Source: Somniosus microcephalus (lineage: Eukaryota). Taken from it: 64,000 nucleotides of DNA. The stretch lies in NCBI GenBank assembly GCA_052327205.1, contig CM126230.1:12462001-12526000 (forward strand), written 5' to 3'. Position 1 is the first letter of the stretch, and each line of letters opens with the position of its first letter. Position numbers and translations under genes: made by a program. Below the pieces are notes generated by a model. That model searched no databases. It was not told the DNA's origin and worked only from the letters and a program-made list of their open reading frames with translations. Of the stretch, positions 21,821-35,614 are shown piece after piece.

Positions 21821-24624
21821 GTTAATCATCCTACTCTACTCTAACTCATTCTTCCTAAAGACCTGAAAACTTTGGAAATGTTTATTTCCTCCCTCGACTG
21901 TTCTTCTTCCTCCAATCCTCTTCTAGTATCAAAGCTTGGTAATCAGTACTGTCTCATCTCTTTCACCTTAGTGACATTTGATACTAGTCGACCTTGACCC
22001 TTCATTTTGGATTTTGTATTTGTTCTCGAGAACTGAGTTACACTGCCAACGTCACATTTATTACCCATCCCTAGTAACCCTGAAGTAGCATTTGTTCGTA
22101 CAACTGGACCAGGGTCACATGCAGGGGAACCAGGTTCCTTTCCCCGATGGGTGTTTGTGAAAATCTGACAACTTTCATGGCCATTTTTTCTGCTGCCAAT
22201 TCAAAAATGACCAGATTCATCAAATTCACAGCTTATCATGACGGGATTTGAACTAACAACCTCTCGCTTACTAATCCAGCACCACAAAACTAGCTTTCTC
22301 AATAAAATAGCGACTTGGTGTAATTTTTCTCGTATTTTTTTGGTGCCAGAGCATTAAATAAACTTAATAACACTGCGAATTGCCTTTAACTAATTGTATT
22401 TTGACAGCGTTAATGTGGCTGGCCTGACTAGGAGCTGCCGTTCATTCCTGGTCAAACTTTATTTGAAATATTTTCCATTCTCGTTGATACAAAAATTGTG
22501 CATCGTTATGGTTACAGTATAAGTGCTTGCAATTTTGAATTTAAAAAAAACCCAGAAACAAAACAAAAATCTTTCTGGGGAAACCACTGCCCAGGGATGG
22601 GACCCAGAGAGTGTTTTGATTGTGTGGTGAATGACAGGTGGATATTGTAATGCCTTGTTGATGAGCACCAATCAGCTGATCCCTTTCTGCCTTGTTGTCA
22701 TCTGGCGCTCTCAGTAAAGATGAATTTGATTGACAGATGCATCAAGGTCACAGTTTATTGGTTTCTGCAAAAGAGCCAGATATGCCAATTTAGACAGAGA
22801 GTGACAAAAAGTTTCCATCTAAATGGAATAATTTTACTACAGGGAATTCTAGGCCAAGGAAGAACGGAGGCAGCATTTTTAACAAGGACTGAATGACAAA
22901 CATATACGACACTTAAAGGCTGACAGAACATCGACTTTGACACTTCACTGGGGAGCTATGAAATAAACAATAGGGAGAGAATTGAATTACAACCAGTGAA
23001 GAACACATACTAAAGAAGGAATTGGTTCAGGGCAGACAGCAGTCTCAAGTATAAAACAAATAAGTCAGCCTTAACATCAAGCAGAATTTTTTTTTTAACT
23101 TTCCCTTGCTATTCCACATGGAGTTTCTACCAGACATTAGCACTGATGTTTATCATCTTTCTACTACAGTACACACCAGTTAATGGGCCCCCTTGTTAAT
23201 GACAATTTCTCTCTTTAAAAGGGAACATTTGTTCAGGCACTGATTTATTCCCTGAGTGTTGAGCGATTGCTTAATAGAAATGATTGGATAACTCGGTTAT
23301 TTTGCCCACTAGAAAGGCTGCTGTAAAGCCTATTCCTATCACAGATTACAGTTAAGCCGGGGGAGGGGGCTGGTTATACGAGATTAGGAGGCATAGAAGA
23401 TAAGTATTAAACTATGTTCCTGATTTTAAAGAAAAGTTAAAGCATAAACATACAAGATTTTATAAATCTCTTTGAACAAGGTCCATACAATCATTTTTTT
23501 AATTTCTCATTTCTGATCTATGCATATATCTATAGGTTGAGCACCTAGCGCTAATCCATTGCATCACATCTTTCAAAGACATCGCACCTGAAAGTGTCAC
23601 ACTTCACGGTGTCACAACTTGCGGCCTCATAGCTCAGGGCGTTACGCACTTAGTGATTGGCTGAAATAAGGATTTGTATGTTAAACTACCAATCACATAT
23701 CGGATTGACTAAGTATAAGCAAATCAAAAGCCGTTCGATTCAGTCAGCAAGCACCAATGAGGAACAAATAAGCAGCAGGAAACAATGTAATTATGTGTAC
23801 AATTTCCACACCACTGCCCCTTGGCGAGTGCTGGAAGCACATACGGCGGAACTGCCCACACCCAGCCCAAGATTTCACATCCAATAAAGTTAGTGCAATG
23901 AAAATCGCAGGCTGTGAGCATGCCAAGGGGTAGCGCAGTGACCTTTTAACCCCCATTTCCTCACATTTTGTTTATAATCTACCAACCTGAACTAGCGAGT
24001 GAAATGAAATAGCAGTCCCAAACCAGCCAGTAGCAGGAATTGAGCAATCAAAGTGCTCCAAAAAGTTTGTTTGAGCCACCATCTTGAATTTTATTGCTAG
24101 CTGAAACTTTACCAGTAAAGTAAATTTATGACATAAGAAACCCATAAAGGTGAAACCCTTTTTCATAAGATACTTATTCTTACTTATAGATTTGTACCTA
24201 TAGTGTTGTAAATCTCTGGGAAATGTTGTTTGCTCCAGTGTTAGGAGCCAGAAACCCAGTTTGTAGTCTTGGTTTGGAATTTGCTGACCTTTTATCTGAA
24301 AATGCCTTGGTTTCTACTGATTGACTGCAGTCCACATTACTGAGTGCATACCCCTCTCCTCTTCACTTTGGATCCAGAATGCAGTTATGGATTATTTGTT
24401 TCTGAGTCCACGGAGGAAAAGTGACTCTCACAGATTTTTTTAATGATCAGTAACAAAACTAGTCATTCACAGAATAGGCCAGAACTTGCTGTTTGTAAGT
24501 CTTGCACCCTCTCTCTGCTGTCCAATGATGGAAGTGCTCAGGAGCCCGTGCAACAGTAAAAACAACTGAACTGTTTCTGTATAAAAACATGACAATAATG
24601 TAAGCTATGAACTTCTAAACGATG

Positions 24625-25235
24625 TAAATAACAAGAACAACTAGCACTTTTAATGTAGTAAAACATCCCAAGGTGCTTCACAGGAGCGTTATCAAACAAG
24701 TTTAACACCAAACCACGTAGGAGATATTAGGACAGCGGACCAAAAGCTTGGTTAAAGAGGTAAGTTTTAAGGTGCATCTTCAAGGAAGAGAAAGAGGTAG
24801 AGAGACGAGGAGGTTTAGGGAGGGAATTTCAGAGTTTAGTGCCTTGGCAACTGAAGGCGCGACCATCAATGATGGAGTGATGAATTGGGGATGCGCAAGA
24901 GGCCAGAATTGGAGGGGCTCAGAGATCTCGGGGGGCTGTGGGGCTGGAAAAGGTTACAGAGATAGGGAGGGGCGAGGCCATGGAGGGATTTGAAAACAAG
25001 GATGAGAATTTTAAAATCGAGGCGTTGCTGGACCGGGAACCAATATAGGTCAGCGAGCACAGGGGTGATGGGTGAACAGGACTTGGTGCGAATTAGGATA
25101 CGGGCAGCCGAGATTTGGGTGAGCTCAAGTTTATGGAAGGTGGAAGGTGGGGAGGCCAGCCAGGACAGCGTTAGAATAGTCGAGTCTGGAGGGAACAAAG
25201 GCATGGATGAAGGTTTCAGAAGCAAATGAGCTGTG
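24625..25235 (-). mobile_element. L2 LINE 3' fragment
   Basis: IHAFVPSRLDYSNAVLAG and ITPVLADLYWFPVQQRLDFKILILVFKSLHGLAPPYL. Confidence 0.9.
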
Positions 25236-25289
25236 GCAGTAACGGTAATATATCTCATGTTTTTTTTGAGTTGTCAGCTTTTTAAAATA

Positions 25290-25610
25290 CAGAACCTTTC
25301 GATTTACAAGCACCTAAATAACCGGAAATCTCGGTTAACCGGCAAAATTCAGGAGTAGGTTCAGGTAACTTTTATTACTTGCCTTCCTCCATCTGTTGCT
25401 GTGCAAGGGTGTGGCTGCAGCTGTTGCTAAGCTACAGAGACGCTTGCAACTTGTGGCCATTGTTCTGAACCTGTTGCTAAGCAACAGGGTTTGTTGCTTT
25501 ATACGGAGCTCTCAGCTCCGTATCTTTTACTATAGCTTTCGGTTATCCGGAATTTTTGATGAACCGGCACCACGTCGGTCTCGTCTGTGCCGGATAAAAA
25601 AAGTTTCCTG
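25290..25610. mobile_element. MITE related to 19378-19646, opposite orientation
   Basis: TA...TA flanks; shares AACCGGCAAAATTCAGGAGTAGGTTCAGGTAA and the GTGCCGGATAAAAAAAGTTTCCTG end with the first copy. Confidence 0.85.
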
Positions 25611-25671
25611 TATATGAGTTTCTCTGAAGCCGTTGTTCAGCTTTTGCTAGGAATTTAGGTTGGCATGAATC

Positions 25672-25845
25672 CAGTGTTCCCGATAAGCTGCACTTTGTTC
25701 TGCGTGGCCTGTTTCTCTCAATGCGCGGTCCCTTTAAATTTCTGTGCACGGGCGGTATTTCCAAAATAAAAGCTTGTGAGCGCCTGCGCGGGACCGCGCA
25801 GCTTACTGCATGGCCACACACGTGCGCAGCTTAGAGGGAACATTG
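25672..25845. mobile_element. Non-autonomous hAT element (MITE), 174 bp
   Basis: TIRs CAGTGTTCCCGATAAGCTGC / GCAGCTTAGAGGGAACATTG; perfect 8-bp TSD CATGAATC (25664-25671, 25846-25853). Confidence 0.92.
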
Positions 25846-25911
25846 CATGAATCACTATGGAAGAGGAGGAGAGTCTTGAGTAAGGAAGGGGAGAGGCAGA
25901 AGTGGAAGGGA

Positions 25912-25936
25912 AGAGAGAGAGAGAGAGAGAGAGAGA
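25912..25936. repeat. (GA)n microsatellite
   Basis: Direct reading; another lies at ~15984-16003. Confidence 0.9.
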
Positions 25937-26184
25937 AACAAAAAAAATCTTCATAAACAGTGCTAAGTGCTGGAAGGATTGTACCATTAATTAAGTTGGA
26001 AGGCATTTTCTGAATAAAAGTCCTGAATGTAGACTATTATTTGATCAGAGCCTTTAAACATTTCCAGAGATATTTGGTAAAGAAGGAATAAAGTAAATTA
26101 GTCTTGCAATTTTTATACTTTCCTCGAATTGACTATAGCCTCAACACTTGGAGATAGATTTTGCTCTTTAATCTGGGTCGACAG

Positions 26185-26685
26185 CCAGATTGGAGAAGGA
26201 GAAATATGCAAGCCTACGGAGAAAGAACAGGGGAGTGGGACTAATTGGAGAGCTCTTTCAAAGAGCCGGCACAGGCACAATGGGCCGATTGGCCTCCTTC
26301 TTTGCTGTAACATACAATATTCTTACAGGGCTTGACAGGGTCGATGCAGGGAGGATGTTTCCCCCTGGCTGGGGAGTCTAGAACCGGGGTCACAGTCTCA
26401 GAATAAGAGGTCGGCCATTTAGGACTGAGATGAGGAGAAACCTCTTCACTCAGAGGGTGGTGAATCTTTGGAATTCTCTACCCCAGAGGGCTGTGGAGGC
26501 TCAGTCGTTGAGTATATTCAAGACAGAGATTGATAGATTGTTGGATATTAAGGGAATCAAGGGATATGGGGATCGGGCAGGAAAGTGGAGTTGAGGTAGA
26601 AGATCAGCCATGATCTTATTGAATGGCGGAGCAGGCTCGATGGTCCAAATGGCCGACTCCTGCTCCTATTTCTTATGTTCTTATA
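26185..26685 (+). mobile_element. Two adjoining CR1 3' fragments (junction ~26308)
   Basis: An old CR1 tail followed by TYNILTGLDRVDAGRMFP...WNSLP and a CR1 3' UTR ending TTCTTATG. Confidence 0.85.
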
Positions 26686-27046
26686 TATCATTCCATGATT
26701 CTATGACTGCCTTTTATAGAAACTGCCTGGCTTTCATTCCATTGAAATTAATGGAGATAAAATTAGGCGGGTTCTATAAGGAGCAGGCGATCCACTCTGC
26801 CAGCTCACCATCGAGGTGGTGAAGGGAAACATTACCCCATGGACCGTTAATGTAAAATGGCGCTATCCATATTACATGCAGAGATTTATCTATTCACATA
26901 ACTCTAGCATTTATTAATTCATCTATCTGCAGTGAGTAAAGCAAACACTATTTATTTTACAGGAACCAATCAAAAAACTTCTTTCAGCGAAAAAAGAGAA
27001 AGAACCATTTGGCCCATCCTGCTGGCAAAGGAACGATGGGCCGAAT

Positions 27047-28280
27047 AGCTATCTAACAGAAGGCAGAGAGTTGGGATAAATGGTTCATTCTCAGACTGGC
27101 AATCAGTAACTAGTGGTGTTCCGCAGGGGTCAGTGCTGGGTCCCCAACTCTTTACAATCTATATTAACGATTTGGAGGAGGGGACCGAGTGTAACATATC
27201 AAAGTTTGCAGATGATACTAAGATGGGAGGGAAAGTAGTGAGTGAGGAGGACATAAAAAACCTGCAAGGGGACATAGACAGGCTAAGTAAGTGGGCAGAG
27301 ATTTGGCAGATGGAATACAATACTGGAAAGTGTGAGGTTATGCACTTTGGCATGAAAAATCGTAGAGCAAGTTATTATCTTAATGGCAAGAAACTGGAAA
27401 GTACTGAAGTACAAAGGGATCTGGGGGTCCTGGTGCACGAAACTCAAAAGGTTAGTATGCAGGTGCAGCAAGTGATTAAGAAGGCCAATGGAATGTTGGC
27501 TTTCATTGCTAGGGGGATAGAATATAAAAATAAGGAGGTATTGCTTCAGTTGTACAAGGTATTGGTGAGACCGCACCTGGAATATTGCATACAGTTTTGG
27601 TGTCCATACTTAAGAAAGGACATACTTGCTCTCGAGTCAGTACAAAGAAGGTTCACTCGGTTAATCCCGGGGATGAGGGGATGGACATATGAGGAGAGGT
27701 TGAGTAGATTGGGACTCTACTCATTGGAGTTCAGAAGAATGAGAGGCGATCTTATTGAAACATATAAGATTGTGAAGGGGTTGGATCGGGTGGATGCGGG
27801 GAGGATGTTCCCGATGATGGGTGAAACTAGAACTAGGGGGCATAGTCTTAGAATAAGGGGCTGCTCTTTCAAAACTGAGATGAGGAGGAACTACTTCACT
27901 CAGTGGGTGGTAGGTCCATGGAATATGCTGCCCCAAAAAGCTGTAGAAGCTACATCATTACATAAATTTAAAACAGAAATAGACAGTTTCCTAGAAGTAA
28001 AGGGAATTAAGGGTTACGGGGAGCGGGCAGGAATTTGGACATGAGTCTAGGTTCGGATCGGTCATGGCCCTGTGGGTAGCGGAGCGGGCCCAGCGGCTGT
28101 GTAGCCTGATCCTGCTCCTATTTCGTGTGTCTAATTCTGTTAGATTCAGGAGATGGTTCTGTGATAGTGGATTGGCGGTTAGGATCAGGTCAGCCATGAT
28201 CTTATTGAATGGCGGAGCAGGCTCGAGGGGCCGATTGGCCTACTCCTGCTCCTATTTCTTATGTTCTTATGTTCTTATGT
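27047..28280 (+). mobile_element. Young 5'-truncated CR1 LINE (family B); open RT C-terminal ORF to 28044
   Basis: GVPQGSVLGP, FADD, RPHLEYC; (TTCTTATG)n tail; highly similar to 52365-53586. Confidence 0.95.
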
Positions 28281-29462
28281 TCTTCTCTGCTGTATGATTC
28301 TATGAACTTGCATTGCGATACTGCTTTTCATGACCTCAGGACTCCTTACAGCCAATGAAGGATTTTAAAGTGTAGTCTCTGTTGTAAATGCAGGAAGCAC
28401 GAACATCTCACTCCCAGTAACACCATAGGAGATCTCGATAGTCATTCGTTTTCAATATAAATTCCTAATTTCAGTTCATATTAGACAGAATTAAAGAATT
28501 GCATAGCACGGTAATAGTCCGTGGATTAGTTGATAATAATGTAGGTATTTCAATACAGTTTCCAATAATAAAATCTGTTTCAGCTCTTAAAAGATTTAAA
28601 TTGAATGTTCCTCTTGAGCCTGTTGGATGAACTGATGCAAATTGTGTCTGCAAAAATTTCAACAGCGGTTGTAACAGGATGTAACAGGAAGCTGTTATGG
28701 AGATGAGAAAAGTGTGGCATGCCTGGACTGACTGATAGATTCACCGTCTGCAAGGATCCAAGTTGGAATCATTCCAGGTTATTTGATGAAGGAAGTATAG
28801 AGGGTAGCCCATGGGTGCCAGTGTGAAATAATATTTTTACAAGAAGTGGACCTGATGAGTAGTGAAGCCGCAAGTGTTTAATGTCCAGTTAGTTAAAACA
28901 GTGTGTTGCCCTTGTACCGATGGTGCTAAGCAATAAGACAATTAAAGTAATGAGAATTGTCAGACCATGCATCATACAACAGAGATTTTCCTCACAATAC
29001 ACTTGGTTTCTTTTTTTCAATTTGTGCTGTAATTGCTTCTGAGTGTCCTAGGAGCTGACTGCCACAGTGGTGGGGCATTGTTAAGTTCTTCGTGGCCCCT
29101 CTCGATGCAGTATTGCCCTAGTGCTATTTCAGCAGTGCCTTTTTTTTTCAATGAAAGAAGGGCCAGGGCCCATAAGAGAACAAACCAGCAAGGCTGAGAA
29201 GAGTAAAATATGAATCACTGTTGCTGTGCTGGCATTACAGAACTGGTAGTATTGTACCCATCATAATATACTAGCGGTATTGCAGTACTGATATAACATG
29301 AGTGGATTTGTACTAGAAGTATATTGGAGGTATTGTACTTGTAATATTATATGAGTGGTATTTTACTATGTTATTGTTATTGTCATTGTTATTGTTATGA
29401 ACGACGTTTACCACAGATAAAGTTAAAAAGTTATATAGTGTAAAGTATAATGACCGATTTTC

Positions 29463-29720
29463 ATCACTCCACCATCGGTGGCCGTGCCTTCAGCTGCCGA
29501 GGCCCCAAAGTCTGGAATTTCCTCCTGAAACCTCTCTGCCTCTCTCTCTCTCTTACCTCCATTAAGGCTCCTTAAAACCTACCTCTTTCCCATTGATTTT
29601 GGTCACATGGCCTAATATCTCCTTATGAGGCCTGGTGTCAATTTTTTTTGATAATGCTCTTGTAAAGCATCCTGGGATATGTTAAAATATGCTATATAAA
29701 TACAAGTTGTGGTTGTTGTT
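29463..29720 (+). mobile_element. L2 LINE 3' tail
   Basis: CCACCATCGGTGGCCGTGCCTTCAGCTGCC...GCTATATAAATACAAGTTGT(TGT)n. Confidence 0.8.
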
Positions 29721-29782
29721 GATATTGGGGCATAGCTATAAAGGAGCAGATACCAGCAAGTAGGGGCATAGGAATGTAGGAA

Positions 29783-30563
29783 AAACAGGAAGGCAGATTA
29801 TTATCTAAATGGCAATAGATTGGGAGAAGGGGAAGTGCAACGAGACCTGGGTGTCCTTGTGCAGCAGTCGCTGAAGGTAAGCATGCAGGTGTAGCAGGCG
29901 GTTAAGAAGGCAAATGGTATGTTGGCCTTCGTAGCGAGAGGGTTTGAATACAGGAACAAGGATGTCTTGCTGCAGCTGTACAGGGACTTGGTGAGACCAC
30001 ATCGTGAGTATTGTGTGCAGTTTTGGTCGCCTTATCTGAGGAAGGATGTTCTTGCCATGGAAGGAGTTCAGCGAAGATTCACCAGGCTGATACCTGGGAT
30101 GGCAGGAATGATGTATGAGGAGAGATTGGGTCGATTGCGTTTGTACTCACTGGAGTTTAGAAGAATGAGAGGTGATCTCATTGAAATTTATAAAATTCTG
30201 ACAGGACTGGACAGACTAGATGCAGGATGTTCCCGATGGTCGGGGAGTCCAGAACCAGGGGACACAGTCTAAGGATAAAGGGTAGGCCATTTAGAACAGA
30301 AATGAGGAGAAATTTCTTCACCCAGAGAGTGGTGAACCTGTGGAACTCTCTACCACAGAAGGCGGTGGAGGCCAGTTCATTAAATATATTCAAGAAGGAG
30401 TTGGATATACTTCTTAAGGCTCAAGGGATCAAGGGGTATGAGGAGAAAGCAGGGACCGGGTACTGAATTTGGATGATCAGCCATGATCGCATTGAATGGC
30501 GGAGCAGGCTCGAGGGGCCGAATGGTCTACTTCTGCTCCTATCTTCGATATTTCTATGTTTCT
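29783..30563 (+). mobile_element. 5'-truncated CR1 LINE (family A) inserted at the left edge of the 24-bp satellite
   Basis: CR1 RT C-terminus with a stop and a frameshift; (TTTCTATG)n tail; 9-bp TSD ATGTAGGAA (29774-29782, 30564-30572). Confidence 0.93.
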
Positions 30564-33060
30564 ATGTAGGAAGACCATTCTACAGGAACACAGGTAGACC
30601 ATTCTACAGGAACACAGGTAGACCATTCTACAGGAACACAGGTAGACCATTCTACAGGAACACAGGTAGACAATTCTACAGGAACACAGGTAGACCATTC
30701 TACAGGAACACAGGTAGAACATTGCATAGGAACACAGGTAGACCATTGTACAGGAACACAGGTAGAAAATTCTACAGGAACACAGGTTGATCATTCTACA
30801 GGAACACAGGTAGATCATTGCACAGGAACACAGGTAGACTATTCTACAGGAACACAGGTAGACCATTCTACAGGAACACAGGAAGACCATTCTACAGGAA
30901 CACAGGTAGACAATTCTACAGGAACACAGGTAGACCATTCTACAGGAACACAGGTAGACCATTCTACAGGAACATAGGAAGACCATTCTACAGGAACACA
31001 GGTAGACAATTCTACAGGAACACAGGTAGACCATTCTACAGGAACACAGGTAGATCATTACACAGGAACACAGGTAGACTATTCTACAGGAACACAGGTA
31101 GACTATTCTACAGGAACACAGGTGGACCATTGCATAGGAACACAGGTAGACCATTCTACAGGAACACAGGTAAAACATTGCATAGGAACACAGGTAGACC
31201 ATTGTACAGGAACACAGGTAGAAAATTCTACAGGAACACAGGTCGACAATTCCACAGGAACACAGGTAGGCCATTGCATAGAAACAGAGATAGACAAATA
31301 TACCGGAAGACAGGTAGACGATTCCATAGGAACACAGGTAGACGATACTACAGGAACACATTTAGACCATTCTACAGAAACACAGGTGTACCATTCAACT
31401 GAAAAACAGATAGACCAGCCTAATGAAACAAATATACACCATTCTACAGGAGCACAGGTTGACTCTTCTACATGAACACAGACAGATCATTCTACAGGAA
31501 CACAGGTAGACCATTCTAGAGGAACACAGGTAGATCATTCTACAGGAACACACATTTAGACCATTCTACAGGAACATAGGTAGACAATTCTATGGGAACA
31601 CAGGTAGAGAATCCTACAGAAACATAGGTAGACCATTCCACAGGAACACAGGCAGACCATTCTGCAGGAACACAGGTAGACCATTCAACAGGAACATGGA
31701 TAGAGAATGCTACAGGAAAATAGATTGAACATTCTGCAGGCGCACAGGTAGACCATTCGACAGGAACACAGGTAGACCATTCTACAAGAACACAGGTAGA
31801 CCGTTGCATTGGAATACAGTAGACCATTCTACAGGAACACAATTAGACCATCATATTGAAACACAGGTCGAGCATTCTACAGGAACCCAAGTAGACATTG
31901 CTACAGGAACATAGGTAGACCATTCTACAGGAACACAGGTAGATCATTCTACAGGAACATAGGTAGACAATTCTATGGGAACACAAGTAGACCATTCTAC
32001 AGGAACAAAGGTACATGATTCTACAGAACATAGGTAAACTATTCTATAGGAACACAGGTAGACCATTCTACAGGAACACAGGTATACCATTCTACATGAA
32101 CACAGGAAGACCATTCTACAGGAGCACAGGTGTACCATTCTACATGAACACAGGAAGACCATTCTACAGGAACACAGGAAGACCATTCTATAGGAACACA
32201 GGTAGACAATTCTACAGGAACACAGGTAGACCATTCTACAGGAACACAGGTAGACTATTCTATGGGAACACAGGTGGACCATTGCATAGGAACACAGGTA
32301 GACCATTCTACAAGAACACAGGTAGATCATTCTACAAGAACACAGGTAGAAAATTCTACAGGAACACAGGTAGACAATTCCACAGGAACACAGGTAGAGC
32401 AGCCTACAGAAACACAGGTAGACCCTTCCACAGGAACACAGGTGGACTATGCTACAGGAACACAGGTAGATCATTCAACAGGAACATGGGTAGACAATGC
32501 TACAGGAACACAAGTAGACATTTCTACAGGAACACAGGTAGACCATTCTACAGGAACACAGGTAGATCATTCTACAGAAACATTGGTAGGCAATTCTATA
32601 GGAACACAGGTAGACCATTCCACAGGCACACAGGTAGAGCATTCTACAGAAATTGAGGTAGACCATTCTACAGGAACACAGGTAGAATATCCTACAGAAA
32701 CACAGGTAAAACATTCTACAGGAACACAGGTAATCCATTCTACAAGAACAAAGGTACATGATTCTACAGAACATAGGTAGACCATTCTACAGGAAAATAG
32801 GTAGAACATTGCACAGGAACACAGTTAAAAAAAATTCTACAGGAACACAGGTAGACCATTCCACAGGAATACAGGTAGACCATTCTTCAGGAACACATGT
32901 GGACTATTCTAGAGGAAAACAGCTGGACCATTCTACAGGAACTCAGGTCGGCCATGCCACAGGAACACGGGTAGACCCTTCTACAGGAACACAGTTAGAA
33001 TGTTCTACAGGAACATTGGTAGAACATTCTACCAAAACACAGGTAGACCATTCTACAGGA

Positions 33061-33266
33061 AACATAGAAACATAGAAGATAGGAGCAGGAGTAGGTCATT
33101 CGGCCCCTCGAGCCTGCTCCGCCATTCAATAAGATCATGGCTGATCATCCAAATTCAGTACCCTGTTCCTGCCTTCTCTCCATATCCCTTGATCCATTTA
33201 GCCTTAAGAAATATATCCAACTCCTTCTTGAATATATTTAATGAATTGGCCTCTACTGCCTTCTTT
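33061..33266 (-). mobile_element. Short CR1 (family A) 3' end inserted in the satellite
   Basis: KAVEANSLNIFKKELDIFLKAKWIKGYGEKAGTGY plus 3' UTR and ACATAGAA tail. Confidence 0.92.
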
Positions 33267-33870
33267 GAACACAGGTAGACCATTCTACAGGAACAAAGGT
33301 AGATGGTTCTACAGGAGCACAGGTAGAACAATGTACAGTAACACAGGTAGACCATAATACTGAAACACAGGTAGTGCACTCTACAGGAACACAGGTAGAC
33401 CATTCTACAGCAACACAGGTAGACCATTCTACAGGAACAAAGGTTGACCAGTCTACAGGAAAACAGGTAGAACATTGCTTAGGAACACAATTAAACCATT
33501 CTACAGGAACACAGGTAGAACTTTCCACAGAAATACAGGTAGACCATTGTATACGTACACAGGTAGATGATTCTACAGGAACACAGGTAGAACATTGTAC
33601 AGGAACATAGGCAGCCTATTTTACAGAAACACAGGTAGATCATTCTACAGGAACACATGTAGACCATTCTACAGGAATACCGGTAGACCCTTCTGCAGGA
33701 ATGCAGTTAGAATGTTCTACAGGGACATTGGTAGAACATTCTACAGAAACACAGGTAGACCATTCTACAGGAACACAGGTAGACCATTTTACAGGAACTC
33801 AAGTAGACCATTCTAGAGCAACAAAGGCAGAACATTGTACAGCAACACAGGTAGACCATCCTACTGAAAC

Positions 33871-35614
33871 ATAGAAACATAGAAACATAGAAGATAGGAG
33901 CAGAAGTAGGCCATTCGGCCCTTCGAGCCTGCCCCGCCATTCAATGAGATCATGGCCGATCATCCAAATTCAGTACCCTGTCCCTGCCTTCTCCCCATAT
34001 CCCTTGATCCCTTTAGCCTTAAGAAATATATCCAACTCTTTCTTGAATATATTTAATAAACTGGCCTCCACCGCCCTCTGTGGCAGAGAATTCCACAGGT
34101 TCACCACTCTCTGGGTGAAGAAATTCCTCCTCATTTCAGTCCTAAATGGCTTACCCCTTATCCTTAGACTATGACCCCTGGTTCTGGACTCCCCGGCCAT
34201 CAGAAACATCCTTCCTGCATCTAGTCTGTCCAGGCGTGACAGAATTTTATAGGTTTCGATGAGATCCCCTCTCAATCTTCTAAACTCCAGTGAGTATAAG
34301 CCCAATCGAAACAATCTCTCCTCATACGTCATTCCTGCCATCCCAGGTATCAGCCTGGTGAATCTTCGCTGCACTCCTTCCATGGCAAGAACGTCCTTCC
34401 TCAGGTAAGGCGACCAAAACTGCACACAATATTCAAGGTGCGGTCTCACCAAGGCCCTGTACAACTGTAGCAAGACATCCTTGTTCCTGTACTCGAGCCC
34501 TCTTGCTACGAAGGTCAACATACCATTTGCCTTCTTAACCGCCTGCTGCACCTGCATGCTTACCTTCAGTGACTGGTGCACAAGAACACCCAGGTCTCTT
34601 TGCACTTCCCCTTTTCCCAATCTATTGCCATTCAAATAATAATCTGCCTTCCTGTTTTTGCCACCAAAGTGGATAACCTCACATTTATCCACATTATAGT
34701 GCATTTGCCATGTTTCTGCCCAATCACCCAACCTGTCCAAATCGTACTGGAGTTTCACGACATCCTCCTCACAGCATACCCTCCCACCCAGCTTTGTGTT
34801 GTCTGCAAATTTGGAGATATTACATCCAATTCCCTCGTCCAGATCATTAATATATATTGTGAACAGCTGGGGTCCTAGGACCGATCCTTGCGGTACCCCA
34901 CTAGTTACTGCCTGCCACTCGGAAAACGATCCGTTTATTCCAGCTCTTTGCTTTCTGTCCACCAACCAGTTCTCTATCCAAGTCAATACCTTGCCCCCAA
35001 TCCCATGTGCCTTAATTTTGCATGCTAATCTCTTATGCGGGACCTTATCAGAAGCCTTCTGAAAGTCCAAATACACCACATCCACTGGTTCTCCCTTATC
35101 TATTTTACCAGTTACATCCTCAAAAAATTCCAGTAGATTAGTCAAGCATGATTTACCTTTTGTAAATCCATGTTGACTTTGTCCGATCCTGTCACTGCTT
35201 TCCAAGTGCTCTGCTATTACATCTTTTATAATGGACTCTAGCATTTTCCCCACTACCGATGTCAGGCTTACTGGTCTATAATTCCCCGCTTTTTCTCTAC
35301 CACCCTTTTTGAATAGTGGGGTAACATTAGCTACCCTCCAATCCATGGGTACTGTTCCAGAGTCTATCGAGTTCTGGAAGATGACCAGCAATGTATCTAT
35401 TATTTCTAGGGCCACTACCTTAAGTACCCTGGGATGTAGATTATCAGGCCCTGGGGATTTATCGGCCTTCAGTCCCATCAATTTTCCTAACACCATTTCC
35501 CTACAAATACTGATTTATTTCAGTTCCACCCTTTCATCAGACCCTATGTTCCCCGGCATCTCTGGGAGGTTATTTGTGTCCTCCTTTGTGAAGACAGAAC
35601 CAAAATATGTATTT
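33871..35614 (-). mobile_element. 5'-truncated CR1 (family A) with an uninterrupted RT ORF
   Basis: ORF 33970-35496; tail (ACATAGAA)n joined to satellite GAAACA. Confidence 0.96.
33970..35496 (-). pseudogene. CR1 ORF2 reverse-transcriptase domain (no endonuclease; catalytic FADD changed to FADN)
   Basis: 508-aa open frame with all RT motifs but FADN. Confidence 0.88.
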
